Below, in pieces: positions 1 through 19,832 of a DNA stretch of 64,000 nucleotides. Made by a program: the position numbers and the translations under genes. This stretch comes from Schizochytrium sp. TIO01 (taxonomy: Eukaryota > Protista > Bigyra: Labyrinthulomycetes), in assembly GCA_004764695.1 (NCBI GenBank), contig SMSO01000032.1:2356001-2420000 (forward strand). Direction: 5' to 3'. The notes beneath the pieces are model-generated. The model did no database searches. It worked only from the letters and a program-made list of their open reading frames with translations, and was not told the origin of the DNA. Each line of letters starts with the position of its first letter. Within the stretch, counting starts at the first letter, position 1.

Positions 1-1
1 C

Positions 2-1111
2 ATTAAGTTATGGAAAGTCTACGAAAAAACTATCAAGTCCGTGTGCAACTTGAATATGGGCGGAAACTCGAGGTCCCGAAGCACTAGTGGCGCAAGTAAA
101 TCTCACCACTCAAAGCAACCTCTACGCGCTCGTGCGCCTCATGAAGACGAAATGATGGAAATTGTTGAGGAGAACGGCAAGGAGCCCGATGTGCCCTTGT
201 TCCAGCGCAGGCACGTCCCGCAGCTTCTCGTGCCCAAACTTAAGTACGAATCTCGATGCATGGCGTCCACTGCCCGTCGCGTGTACTCTAATGCGCACGC
301 TTATCACATCAATTCCGTGTCTGTAAACAGCGATGGAGAGACGTTCATTTCCGCAGATGACCTGCGAATTAACTATTGGAACCTTGACATCAGCGACCAG
401 TCGTATAATATTGTGGACATCAAGCCAGATAATATGGAAGAGCTGGCAGAGGTGATCACGGCCGCCGATTTTCACCCGTCGCATTGCAATCTCTTCATGT
501 ACAGCAGTAGTAGGGGAAGCATTCGCCTCGGAGATATGCGCGCGCAGGCGCTTTGTGATGTCCATGCCAAGACCTTTGAGGAACCCGAGCTGCCCGGAAG
601 CAAGTCTTTTTTCTCTGAGATTATCGCTTCGCTCTCAGACATCAAGTTTTCTTATGATGGACGCTATATCATCTCACGTGATTACTTGACCGTGAAAATA
701 TGGGATATTAACATGGAGTCTAAACCCGTTAAGACAATCCCTATTCACGATCAACTTCGATCTCAGCTCTCGGAGTTGTATGAGAGTGAGTGCATCTTTG
801 ACAAGTTCGAGGTGGCTGTTTCCCGTGACGGGAACGGCCTCGCAACCGGATCTTACTCTTCCCAGTTTCACATTCTTGATAGAAACGGCAAATCCAACCT
901 CTGTATTGAGGCAGGCAAAATGCCACCCAAGCAAGCTTTGTCATTTCGCAAGCAAGGTATCGACTTCAGTCCCTCCATGGAGGTTTCTTCAGACAATCTC
1001 AAGAGCGGGCCGTTGGACTACAACCGCAAGGCATTACACATGTCCTGGCACCCGCAAGTTCCGCTCGTTGCTGTTGCGGGCCTCAATAATCTTTTCATCT
1101 ATTCTCGGTAG
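2..1111 (+). CDS. PPP2R2: Protein phosphatase 2A regulatory subunit B55 (WD40), 5'-partial
   Basis: Frame is open from nt 2 (IKLWKVYEK...). Carries B55 hallmark motifs NAHAYHINSVSVNSDGETFISADDLRINYW, DIKPDNMEELAEVIT, SFFSEIIASLSD, SRDYLTVKIWD and ESECIFDKFE. The start lies upstream of the window. Confidence 0.97.
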   Translation: MKLWKVYEKTIKSVCNLNMGGNSRSRSTSGASKSHHSKQPLRARAPHEDEMMEIVEENGKEPDVPLFQRRHVPQLLVPKLKYESRCMASTARRVYSNAHAYHINSVSVNSDGETFISADDLRINYWNLDISDQSYNIVDIKPDNMEELAEVITAADFHPSHCNLFMYSSSRGSIRLGDMRAQALCDVHAKTFEEPELPGSKSFFSEIIASLSDIKFSYDGRYIISRDYLTVKIWDINMESKPVKTIPIHDQLRSQLSELYESECIFDKFEVAVSRDGNGLATGSYSSQFHILDRNGKSNLCIEAGKMPPKQALSFRKQGIDFSPSMEVSSDNLKSGPLDYNRKALHMSWHPQVPLVAVAGLNNLFIYSR

Positions 1112-2029
1112 AACAAGAGTACACAGAACTGCGAGACTTTTCACGTTTACAAAAAAAATACAGCTGCGAAAAAAAAACAAAAAAACACTAATACCCTACC
1201 AAACACAACAATCAATAGACTTCTTCAACAACCTCTGCCTTTCTACCTTTTTCTTCGCTATATTTTCTCTCTTCCCTCTTTTATTTGGGTAGGTTAATTG
1301 AATGCATATTATGCTTTTCCTTTGATGATACTTTGTTTTTTTAATTCTCATGGGGCTCCTTACTTTAGATACATTTTCCAAATCTCTCGTTCAATCCATG
1401 TCACGGCTTCTCACAAAACTTCATGTGAAGGTGCTTAGGTGCAGAGACTTCAATGTTTATGCGACTCTTAATATACTTCTTCTTTGTTTTGAGCTCCTTA
1501 TTTTCTGTTTTCAAAATCAAGTAATGAAAATAATTATAAAGACAAAGATCGATCGCACAGTATGCTAGCTGCATCACGCAATGCACTGCTGCCCAGATTA
1601 TTTCTTTGTCATTGCTTCACGGAGCATATTCTAAATTTATTTATTTGTATTATTGGGAAAGTAATAGACATGCACCAGACTATCGTTAGCGAATATATCA
1701 TGCTACGACGCTTACTTACGATCATTTGCGCTTACGCATTCATTTGATTGCTTGACTCATAAATTACAAGCTTCTGCGACAAAAGAAAGGATTCAGATTG
1801 TAGCTCCTGACACTGAAGATGAAGATATTGTACTCAGGCTAATGATAGGAAAACTTGCAAACTATCCTTAGGGTCGTCTGGAGAGTAAGAATGATATCGG
1901 TTGCCCATAAGCAAGAAGCTTGTTACATTTCGTTCGGTCATTATCTGCACTTTCAGCACAGATACCATCCTCATGGCGCAGAGCTCAAGAAGATGCGAAT
2001 TGGCGCCTTAAATTCGTTTTGTTATATGC

Positions 2030-2788
2030 TTAAATGCCATCGTCAAAGGCAGCCTTGCCTCGAGGCACGTAATGCTCATCAAGGCCATCCCTAGCTACTC
2101 CAGAGCTAATAGGAGGTCGCAAGCACGCATGGTTGATGCCACCTACTATAGCGCAGGCAAGGGCGCCGACAGGCAAGGTGTAATGCAACTCTTTTGCCTT
2201 TAGCGTGTGCTCCTTAGAAAGGTCATCCTCCACATCAAGAGTGCCAAAAACAATGCCAAAGAAGAGGCCCAACATGACTGCAACGAAGAGGACTGTGGAG
2301 ATCTGGATAGGGGTGGATACGAGCGGTTGCCAGAGTCTTCGACCCCGCGAGAGCTTCACGACACAGTACTGACCAACAAAATTAAAGAGATCCATGATAG
2401 AGAAGGTGAGAGCAAACCAAAGAGCAACTCCCAACAGCATGTACATGGGTACCTTGAGAGTTGGAGAAATACCTTGAAACCAGTCCTTCTCAAGCATGAA
2501 GCAGAAAAGTCCAGCGAGTACCACAAGGCAAGCGAAGAGCATCACAAAATATGTTGACATGGTCTTCTGGGCAGGACGACCAGTCTCTACACCACTCTGC
2601 CAACTCAGTGCATTCACGCGGTACAAGATCAACAAACCCATGAGAATTAGAGAGCACCCGAACACCGCAGAGAAGAAACCATTTACACTAATCTCCAGCA
2701 TTGCATGGTTCACCAAGATGGAGACACAAATGCCCAACAAGGCACCTCCGAGAGCGCCAGCAACAGCCTGGAAAATGCGGTGGCCCAT
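2030..2788 (-). CDS. Hypothetical multi-pass membrane protein (~6 TM)
   Basis: ATG-started 252-aa ORF with about six hydrophobic segments; no family recognised. Confidence 0.8.
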   Translation of the reverse strand: MGHRIFQAVAGALGGALLGICVSILVNHAMLEISVNGFFSAVFGCSLILMGLLILYRVNALSWQSGVETGRPAQKTMSTYFVMLFACLVVLAGLFCFMLEKDWFQGISPTLKVPMYMLLGVALWFALTFSIMDLFNFVGQYCVVKLSRGRRLWQPLVSTPIQISTVLFVAVMLGLFFGIVFGTLDVEDDLSKEHTLKAKELHYTLPVGALACAIVGGINHACLRPPISSGVARDGLDEHYVPRGKAAFDDGI

Positions 2789-3650
2789 TCTATTAACTTC
2801 TTTAGTGATTTGAACTCAACTGTGGGAGACAAAGACCTGAGTGTATATCTTGAAGTAAGTTCACTCCAGACAAAGTTCTAAATGAAATTGAAGCCTAAAT
2901 AAGACGCGTATCAAATACAAACTTTTAAGACTATCCTTCGATCCTGAAATACCCTTTAGAAGTTGCAGAATTCAGACCCCCAACCGACGTAATCGATATT
3001 TGATAAACGTCCCACAAATAAAATAGACTTTGAAAGATCTTGTTTTCGAGAAGCGCAGTACCTACTAATTCTGCCTCAAAGTCTATCAAAAGACCAGTAC
3101 TTGCCAGTATTCGAACACAGTTAACCTTTAAGAAGTACCTCCGCAGAGTAAATTGAGGCTTCGCAGTCGATTGGCAAGGCAACTAGTTGATATCAATATA
3201 TACCCTCTTATATTAAATAGAGAATCGGATAGTAGGTGACCTGACGATGACTCGATGACCCGATGTTCACAAGATCCAGCCTAAAGTTAGGGGCGGGGCG
3301 AGACAAACAATACAAGACAAGGCCTCCAGAGAGTACTCAAGCAAGGAAACACTCGTGCTCCACCAACGGCACCTGAGCGCGGACCTCTAGACCTGGCTAG
3401 AGGCGGCCTCGTCGATTCCGGTTCTACTATAAATTTGACGTCAAACCTGCAAAGTCTCACGTCTGTAGCTAAGGCGAAATCCTCGCGACTCCGTGCTGTG
3501 GGAGCCTCCGCAGAGACGCGATACCTCGCGTCGTGGAAGAACGTAATTTAGAAGTTCAGGGGATTGCGGCGAAGTTCCACACTTCACTTCACTTTTTATT
3601 GACCACGAAAGCCGCAAATCGTCAATTCGCAAGTCCTTCGTGGGTTTAGC

Positions 3651-5297
3651 ATGGTAGTCTTCGACGTGCAGGCTGCAACCCAGGATGGCCTTCTCTGGGG
3701 TGGTATAGAGGTCTCTATTGCTGACGATGTCCCTGCCTCCTACGCTCGGCAGTGTATTCGCCGCGTTTCCGCTATCCAGCGCATGGCCATGCGACGATGG
3801 GTGGCTTTGGAGAGCCTTGGCAAAGTTCTTCCTGAGCACGAAGACCAAGAGCAAAAGTCTCGTGGAAGCCACGAAGAAACACCCGAAATGCGGGATAACC
3901 TTGCTGTGTTGCTAGCAGCCTCGTTTCCAGGCGTGGCATTCCCCACGGACAAGCAGAGGAGGGTAGTCCTCGAGGAAGACCTCATAGAGCTGGCCAAAAA
4001 TGTCTTTGTAAACGAAATCGCTCAAGCACAAGAAAATGGAAGCGATGCTGTTGAGGGCGATGAAGAAAAGGAGTCTAAAACCACAGATATATTGGCTCAT
4101 GAACACCAAAGTATTAACGAAGATGGAGGTAAAGATGACGTTCGGGTTGGTCCACAAGGCGCCCCTGAAGACCAAGGACAAAATCAATCTTTCGAGACAT
4201 CTGCAAATGGACATGAAGAGCAACAAAGGATCAAATCGCCACCTTTGCTTGCTGAAGAGTCTGTCACTGAAAGATGCCAAGATAGTAGCAAAATTGTTGA
4301 GTTACAGGATCAGGAGTTGAAGATGCAGCAAGGAAACTCCGAAACTGAAATTATGCAAGCGGAGGCTAATGCGAACGAAAAAGTAAATGTAGTCGCACAA
4401 GATGAAGTAGAAGACCTTCATGCGAGGAAGAGAAGGGAGCAGGAGGAGGAGTTCATGAAAAACATTGAAGGAGAAATGGCAGATGCAGAACTTTGGTTCT
4501 GTAAAAAACCGTTCAAGGAGGAACAGCCTCTGAATAAACAAGTCAAAATATCAGCAAAAACAAAACTCCGCGTCTTTCTTGCGCCAGGGGATCAACACGA
4601 TTGCTACTCAAATGACTCTGCAGCATTAGCAGCAGCGACAGACGCAATCAAGAGTGCGTTGGATACCCTACCAGATACATGGAAGACATTCACACCAGGA
4701 CCCATCGCAAACTCTACTCGCACCCACGCTGGAAGCACACACAATTCTTCTCAATCAAATAAACGCTCCCGAGATGACCTCGACCTTTCATTTATGAAAG
4801 GAAGAGGCATGGACCCCGCTATTCTTAAACTATGCGACGAAATGGGTTTCCGCATCAAAGCCAATATCTTCAAGCGCCTTGATGGAGACACAAAAATACA
4901 GAACTTTATGCGTGACCCGCGGCTTGTGCAGATTCTTGTTGACATTGAAAAGTCGTCCAAAAAAATGACAACTCTTGAGGATTGCATGGACCGTGACGCT
5001 AGTTTTGCGCAATTCGTCGATCGCATTCTAGAAACAATTGGAGCCCAACAGGTAATTGAACGCAGAGATGGATCACGTTCGATTGAGTCAAGTCTTGAAG
5101 AGGTAATCGAGTCTACTCGACCCTCCTTTCTTGTTGGTGCCAAATCTGGAAGTAGTACAGTAGACGTTCCAAGCGATGACGACGAAGACAATGAGGCTGA
5201 CGAAGAAGATGTCGATGCTAACAAGAATAAAAACGAAAGCAACGCTAAACATTCGGATGAGCCAGATGGTGATACCAATGCTCAAATGGACTTGTAG
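3651..5297 (+). CDS. Hypothetical acidic protein with a C-terminal ZNHIT3/Hit1-like (STI1-like) helical domain
   Basis: 548-aa ORF. The segment KIQNFMRDPRLVQILVDIE...DASFAQFVDRILETIG resembles the C-terminal domain of ZNHIT3/Hit1; no zf-HIT cysteines are present. Confidence 0.7.
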   Translation: MVVFDVQAATQDGLLWGGIEVSIADDVPASYARQCIRRVSAIQRMAMRRWVALESLGKVLPEHEDQEQKSRGSHEETPEMRDNLAVLLAASFPGVAFPTDKQRRVVLEEDLIELAKNVFVNEIAQAQENGSDAVEGDEEKESKTTDILAHEHQSINEDGGKDDVRVGPQGAPEDQGQNQSFETSANGHEEQQRIKSPPLLAEESVTERCQDSSKIVELQDQELKMQQGNSETEIMQAEANANEKVNVVAQDEVEDLHARKRREQEEEFMKNIEGEMADAELWFCKKPFKEEQPLNKQVKISAKTKLRVFLAPGDQHDCYSNDSAALAAATDAIKSALDTLPDTWKTFTPGPIANSTRTHAGSTHNSSQSNKRSRDDLDLSFMKGRGMDPAILKLCDEMGFRIKANIFKRLDGDTKIQNFMRDPRLVQILVDIEKSSKKMTTLEDCMDRDASFAQFVDRILETIGAQQVIERRDGSRSIESSLEEVIESTRPSFLVGAKSGSSTVDVPSDDDEDNEADEEDVDANKNKNESNAKHSDEPDGDTNAQMDL

Positions 5298-5487
5298 ACT
5301 GGGTTTCCATACAGTATTGCGTAGGAAATTAATAAATTTACTCTTGTGAACGATAAGAAACACATTTGCTTATAATAGTCTAATCACAAAATATAAAATA
5401 TTAGCCAATATAATTTTCACACCCTAGCCAAACCTGATGACCTCGAGAATATTCCGAAGCTTAAAATAATCGTTTATGATTCATGTT

Positions 5488-7501
5488 TTACGGAGTTTGA
5501 GTGAAATAGATTACGTTAAGGTTGGAAATTTCTCCCGTAAAATCGGATATAGCTCGTTCGCCTTCGAAGCCAAAGAAGTTGTCCGTCAGATCAAGCTCGC
5601 AAAGAGAGGAAGTATCTGATTCTAAACTTTTCATCAATTTGATGACATCGCTATCGCGAAGGGCTGCACATTTGAGCCTTCAAGTCATATACGTAAACAT
5701 TTACCAGTGTATGAACTATTTGTTAGGTTACACATTCCCTAGCCCGTGTTGTGTTCAAAAGTTTGAGAAACGAGACTTACCAAAGTGTATCGAGCCATGG
5801 GTTTACCTCAAGCATTGCACAAATATCGTTTAGCGCATGGTTATGACATGAGTTCCCAGATATGCTGTTGTTGTTAGAAGAGATAGGTTAGCATTTTATT
5901 CATACTTGTAACATTGAATTGCTCAACTTACTCCAGAAAACGCAGTGAGGTATTAGTTTGAAGTGCATTGGCAAGGACCTGAACACCTTGTTGTCCTAGT
6001 CGGGTATACGGTAAACTATAGCAAGACAGATCGTTGTGAAAGTGAGGTTATATTCTTTTCCACAACATTGTTAGTCTTGAGCGAAGATCTTTATTTTCAG
6101 TTTTTTCAGTTTTGAATATTCAATTGAAAAAAGGCACTTACATGAGCGACTCTAGACTTGTGCCGGATTTTAAAGAAAGAGCGAGAGCCTCTGCTCCGGC
6201 AAGGCAAACCGCATTATTACCCAAACTAAGTTGCAGACTCACAGAGGAAAGTCAGGAATTTTATTAAAGCGCGCACCCACGTGAAGGAGTTTCTACAACT
6301 ACACCCTGATTCATACATAACTTACTTCAGTTGTCGTAGAGTGCGATTGTTCATAAGTAAATTTGCGATCGCAGCAGAACCTGTAGATCCTATTGATGTG
6401 TTTTGAAGGCTGTAGCATTCATACAGACTCAGTGCAGCGTGAGTATACCTATTGTTGTTTCAACAGAAAAGTTTTGGACCTGACTTTGACCAGAAAGGGT
6501 AAACGTACTTGAGTGAATTTATAGAAACGTTAAGATCCATTGCTTGGGCAATACGTCGCGCACCGTCTGGCCCAATTACGTTATCTGATAAGTTTAGTTC
6601 TATCAGTCTGCATTCCTCTAGCATAATAGTGAGTGCTCCAAGGTTCGATTCAGTGACTTGATTGAAACCAATACTGTGCATGAAAATCGTAAATGGTCGT
6701 CAGTGGTTAAAACTTTTACTCAGAACGAACTTAATCCTTCACTTACTCAAGAATCTCCAGAGCAGAATTTGTTTCAACAGCTGCTGCTAATGGTTTAAGG
6801 CCATCCGTGCCAATGCTATTGTTTTGTAAGTACAACCTTTTGATTGACCGATTGGTCTTTAAAATTTCTGCTAAACTGTCTGCTCCTTCTGCTCCAATAT
6901 CATTCCATCCTAAACTGTTAATGAGTCAGTATTAATATACAATATTAGACATTGTCCACAGGCTACATATTGCTGCGTGCACCATCTGGCAAAGCATATT
7001 TTGCCATTGTGTCGAAATTTCTGAGTAAATGAATTAACGCAAACGTACTCAAGACACTGCAACGCGCAATCGGGTTTACTAAGAGCCTGAGCTAGAACCT
7101 CAACGCCTTGTTGACCGAGGCAATTATTATATAAACTGTGTATATTGGTGTGCAAATTTGTTTTCGTGTGGAATCAACAAGATTACCAAGATTAGTCAAC
7201 TCTGTAGTGTGCCGTCCACTCGAGATGGTTAAAGGAGCTGGGCCATGTTTGAGCAAGCCACGTACGATAACTCAACAATGGTTTTGTTCTGCTGCAGGAG
7301 TCTAGCGAGCAACCCAGCGCCCACAGGACCTATAAAGTTATTCTGCAGGTCGATCTTGGTCACGGTAGTATTATCCGCAAGCTCACGGACCAAAGTTCGA
7401 AGATGGTCATCACGGAGTCGCTCTCCAGCAAGAACGACCTCCTCCGCTCCTTTGCGAATCCCGGCGATAGCCCTTCGCATAGCCACAACGAGGTTCGCCA
7501 T
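5488..7501 (-). CDS. RI/NLRC3-type leucine-rich repeat protein, 9 exons, 393 aa
   Basis: Manually spliced exons 7501-7266, 7135-7049, 6914-6747, 6673-6509, 6409-6326, 6225-6142, 6015-5932, 5864-5781 and 5677-5488 total 1182 nt and stay open to TAA. Donors are GTAAGT/GTACGT, acceptors are AG, and repeats follow LxxLxLxxNxIGxxGAxxLA. Confidence 0.9.
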
Positions 7502-9031
7502 GGTCGCCACAACCTCTGCGACGCAGCAATTTATGCAACTCTATATTGGTGGCTCGTCGTAAAGTTGTATTCTGCTGGTGCCCTGTTACACAGCTTCTAG
7601 GTTCTTATTTTGCTCAAATGAGCTCAAAGTCAGAGCGGCCTGGTCCCGTGCCAATCCTCGGCAAGTATGCACAATAAAAATATACGAGGTAAAACTTCAG
7701 CGATCCTTAAGGTAGTTCGATCTTGAGCTCCAGTGATCTTTTGCTAGTTAACAGTGCAGTGCGCCACGCTGCATGAGGCCTTTGAGAGCTTGGTTGAAAA
7801 CTTGTCGTGGTAGTAGGAATGCACGATTGCACAAGAGCACAAGATTATAGATTGAATATGCCATGTTACAAGGTTAAAATCAAATACTAGTTCTATGCAT
7901 AGAACTTTCGATTCAGGAAGAAGCAGAAGTAAGGGAATAATAGACCCACACAAGTAAAATACCTAATTAAAAAATGATCGCGTGCTGGGACAGCTCATGA
8001 ATATTCTAGGACAATAAAAGGTTTTGTGAAATTAAATATGATACAAGGTTTATTATTGGACCGTATTGTTAGTTTCTTCTGTTGTCCACGGAGCGGCTAG
8101 TTGATGGGGCAACGGACTGGGAATGCCCAGTTCGGCGATTGAGCGGGCTGGGCTGCTGGAACGGATGTGCCATTAGAATATTCTTGAGTTTGTGAGCATA
8201 ATATTGATGGAAAGTTTTCCCGCTGCACGTGCCGTATTTCATAAGCGCCAGAGTCGTACATACCTAGTAGCTACACACGCTCACGCGAAGACAAGCACAC
8301 ACAGTCCATCAATTAACACGACGAAGCCAACAACCATCACGATAGTCTTATCATCTGCAAACGTCTGATGCATCAACCAAATGTGACCAAAAAATATGAT
8401 GCATTCCAAGATTGTCCCGACATGTGGTCCTCTAAAACCTTGTGGATTTTGCGCCGTTGATGGTCGCGTTCGTCGTTGTATCGTAGTACTGGTAGGAAGA
8501 TTAACAGCAGCCTGTTTTGATACGACCTCTGACTCAACCTAGTCGTTGCTAAAATGTGTAGTACCTTGGTAGATAGGTAGGTACTGCCAGTGTAGATGGC
8601 ACGTTTTCCTGTCAGGAGAGGCTTTCAAGCCTTGAAAACAAGAATAGGATTTAGTGTTGCATGCCATGGGTCATACGATTACAAAGTGTACTCAAATAGA
8701 GGTGCGGCCCACGAATCACGCGTTGTCATGAATAAGATGCTCATTTTTCTCTATGATGGATCGGCACCCTGCTACCTGAATTTTAATCCACTTTGGAAAC
8801 ACACAGTCAAACCGTACGTCCTTTCAAATTACGTCTCTTATAGAACACTATTGTTGTTCTACTTGAGCATGCTAATCGATATTAAGGCTGACAAAGCGGA
8901 CTATGTCAATCAAATTGCCAAGAATCAAGAGTGCTGTAGTTGGATTGAACATAGCAACTTTTAACCATAAGACACTGATACGACAAGGGGGGAAATATTT
9001 CATTCACAATTTTAAGATGATAAGAAGACAG

Positions 9032-10405
9032 TTAGGTGAGATCGATTACAGCATCAGAGATCTGCGCATGAGACGTTGATGCAGCCGAAGAGGAGGAGGA
9101 AGCAGAACTGGCATGCCGATGAATCTCATCGTCTTCGTTGGCTACAACTTCATCATCGGTGCAGGGCAAAGTCTTGCCTGACAAGAAACACGAGCTTGAA
9201 CACATCTTTTGGGCCTCTTGCAACGAAGTTGAGTTTAGTGCTACGACAAGAAGATTAGGCATATGACCCTGTTTTTCAGGCATGCTAGTAAGAACGTGCT
9301 CAAACTCTGTGGTCAAGCTGTCGAGAACATCTTGATCAATGTCTGGCATTAACTGAAGGTTGTTGATCAGCTGAAGGATATAAGCGCATGAGCCAACGCC
9401 GTAAAATTCAAAACATTTCTTCTCAAGACTGAGTAGTTTAATGCAGGCGTCACGGAGTTCGGCGTGCGTCAAATCCACAGCGCCATCCTTCTCGACAAGA
9501 AGAATTTCTTGCAAGACTGGGACACCAATCTGGGGATCAAGAAACATACTGTTCTTAAAGACATTCGCAGTAAGGACATCTGTGTAGCTCAACTGACCTT
9601 GCAACTCTTTGTCATTACGAAGTCTGTCATCACGCGCAGTTATCTCAGACTGCTCACGAATGTTATCCAAAAGCTTCTTCTCTTGAAAGTCTCGCAAGTC
9701 TTCCAGAAGTTTTGATCTTGTTCTGAAGCGATCCCCATTACATTGTCGTAAAACCTGCAGCGTTCGTTTTTCTGAAAATCCCATACGGAGGAATTCCTCC
9801 AGACTTTCCTTTTCATCAGCTGATGCAGGTTCAACCTCGCTAAGACGTACAGGTTCTGCCTTTGCTTCGTCATCGCTACGGGGTTCATATGCAGAAATTC
9901 CTAACATTGCTTTTCTAGCCTCAAGCTTTTCTTTCATCTTTTTGTTATCTTCGACGAGAAGATTAGAGAATTCCATGTTTTGCTGTTGCTCATACGCCGA
10001 CTTAGCCATTGTAAATGGGTTTGTAGAGGATGTACCTCCGTTTGGTTTGAAAAAATGACTAGGCACACTTGAGTGGCGAGGCTTTTTTGATTCAGGTGCA
10101 GAGGGCTCGGGACGGTTGTGTGTGCGCTTTGACGATGTCGCACTCGAAATCTCCTTACAAGACTTTCGGATTGTACCACATTCCACAATGAACTCTGCAT
10201 GATTCTGACTCGAGTGATTTATTCTAGCATGAAGATGGACCCCATATTGTGACAACATGCCAGCAACTGAAGCAAGCTTTGATCGTTCGTACTTCTTTGT
10301 CAGCTGCTCCGGAGGGCCAGCAAATGTATTATCTAATCGTGCAATATCTATGCCGAGCTCACGCGCAATGGCACGGTCCAAACTGTCCCAATTTATTATG
10401 TTCAT
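9032..10405 (-). CDS. UBA-domain protein with a terminal SIM-like motif
   Basis: 457-aa ORF. UBA-like LEEFLRMGFSEKRTLQVLRQCNGD...KLLE; ends in VIDLT. Confidence 0.8.
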   Translation of the reverse strand: MNIINWDSLDRAIARELGIDIARLDNTFAGPPEQLTKKYERSKLASVAGMLSQYGVHLHARINHSSQNHAEFIVECGTIRKSCKEISSATSSKRTHNRPEPSAPESKKPRHSSVPSHFFKPNGGTSSTNPFTMAKSAYEQQQNMEFSNLLVEDNKKMKEKLEARKAMLGISAYEPRSDDEAKAEPVRLSEVEPASADEKESLEEFLRMGFSEKRTLQVLRQCNGDRFRTRSKLLEDLRDFQEKKLLDNIREQSEITARDDRLRNDKELQGQLSYTDVLTANVFKNSMFLDPQIGVPVLQEILLVEKDGAVDLTHAELRDACIKLLSLEKKCFEFYGVGSCAYILQLINNLQLMPDIDQDVLDSLTTEFEHVLTSMPEKQGHMPNLLVVALNSTSLQEAQKMCSSSCFLSGKTLPCTDDEVVANEDDEIHRHASSASSSSSAASTSHAQISDAVIDLT

Positions 10406-12283
10406 CCTCCTACGAGTTGTAAGGAGATCACGCCGCTGTCGTTTTGATTTTGCTTCTTCCCCACTCCTAATACGCGCTGTTCAGTACTGAACGGTGTCTC
10501 TCCGGTTGTTAGGCCTGCCAGCAAGAAAATAACTTGCCCCACCTCTACTTCACCTCCTTAGAAAAGCGTCCGTGAGAGCTCTTGCCGCTCTCAAGACGCT
10601 GTGAGAGCACTACCTTTCCCCAAACTCGGTTTCCGTAAACCTAAGGTCGAGACTGGGTTCGCCACGTCCGTACCAGCTTGGCGTAGAAGCAAGCGACCCC
10701 CGATGCCCTATAGAAGAAGCAACGCGGATGCAATGTATTGTGTCCCGTCTCTTGCCCCTGAGCGCGTTTGGTCTATGTCTTGCAATATATTAGGGCGCTC
10801 TATATATTGTATGCGTGTATATCCTCTACGAAGACTAAGGCAATGGAGTGGCGCAGGAGAGCGCTTAACTCCGCAGGACTTGGGACGGTGAAAACACCAG
10901 TCCCTCCAAGCAGCTCAGGCGAGCTCGACTGAGGCGACTTGGTCCTACTTACAAGGCCTCCAAAGACCCACGGACAGAAGCGAAGAGGGGGCGGCCAAGG
11001 CGCGAAGATGGTTTGCGCTCCTTCATCGATTGTTTCTCTCTTTTCCTTGTTTCTTTTAATTTTAAAATAAGTGATATGGTTTTCATTACTACTATTGAAA
11101 AGTGGATTCTTAATGTTTAGACTAGAGAGACTCATCATTGAAAATAGCAACAATTTGTTAGAACTCTAAATTTACTTAATGGACTATGTTTGTTCTCTTG
11201 TATACTAAAGTCGAGCAAATTACACCTTTCACTTAGAGGCGGATATACTACACTTAGGGCGATTGCGGTTCCTTTTGAGAGCGAAGTATACACAAAGCAG
11301 AACAAGTGGCGTGTATGCCTGTGTTTTGTAGATCACAGCTTTGGCCCGAGGAAAAAGTTGTCGAGCATGCAGTTATGGTTTGTATGCTCTGGGATTGTCA
11401 CGAAGACCTATCTTTACGTAAGGTTTACATCAAAGTTGGAATCCCATTAAAACAGGTACTGATTTAGAAAAGACTCTCCGCGAGAGCGATATGCTTTCAT
11501 GAACCAGAGACTCTTCAATTTTGTAGTGTCACAGCATCGACTTGGGTACTTCATGGTATATGTGGATCTCGCGATTCCGTTGCGCCTGGTCTTTCATAAA
11601 GAACAATGTACCCGATATGAAGAACTCATTATTGCCATTCTCACCTCAGAAACGAGTTTGCAAAAACCGTTCCTCACAACCCCTCCAAGAGGAATTCAAG
11701 GCGTGTGGTTCACCGACACCCTAAACTGCTCTAGGATGCCGGCGCATAGCAACGACATAAAATTAAACATAAAGCAAGTCTATAGCCTATATTTGATAAA
11801 TTGTAGATTTATCCGCCCACACCGCATGCGCCAAAAGCTAACAACAGAACTATGAAAATAACTTAACTTTCGTCAAATTTTAAATGTTAGTCACTCCAAT
11901 CCAGGTCCGATGAATTTCTTCCCCTCGTTCGCAATATATGTTTGATAGCGTTTGCTTTGACACTATCATTGCCAATGTAACTACGATATCTTTCTCTGCT
12001 GTTGAGATTTCTAGTACAACAAATTGAGTGTTTATCATATGATTTTACTCACGATTTATAGAAAGGAGCAAAACCTATTAATCTTATTGAATGATAAAGA
12101 GAAGATCTTAAAAAAGAGACTCATTCTAGTTGTTGCCTAAATGTCAATCAATCAGTGATCGATCTGCGCGTCTTCAAGAGCAGACTCTGATCACCTCTGG
12201 CGCGGAGACTGGAGATCACTCTGCAGCTCCGAGAGCATCAGGCCACAAGGGAGGTCTGGTGGTCCCAAAGTTGCTGCGGGGCA

Positions 12284-19531
<7,248 letters not shown>

Positions 19532-19832
19532 GCAAGCTTCATGTTTTGTTTTCCTCTTATCTTTTTTTTAATGAGAAAGAGTTTATATGTTTGGGGTGAA
19601 CAAAAAAAGAAGTGGGTGTCACTTTCTATTTAAAAATAAAAGTAGTTAATGTATTTTCGAGAGAACATTTGGTCAAAGTTCGATATCAGATTAAAAACGT
19701 CAGAAAGTTCAGATTAGAAAGAAAGAAATTCCATAAGGAATGTACCTTGAAATGTAGTCAAACTCTTCACAGCAGCCAACTTGACTCATTGAAGTTCTTC
19801 TGAAAAACTTCAATAAAATTTTCAGGATATAC

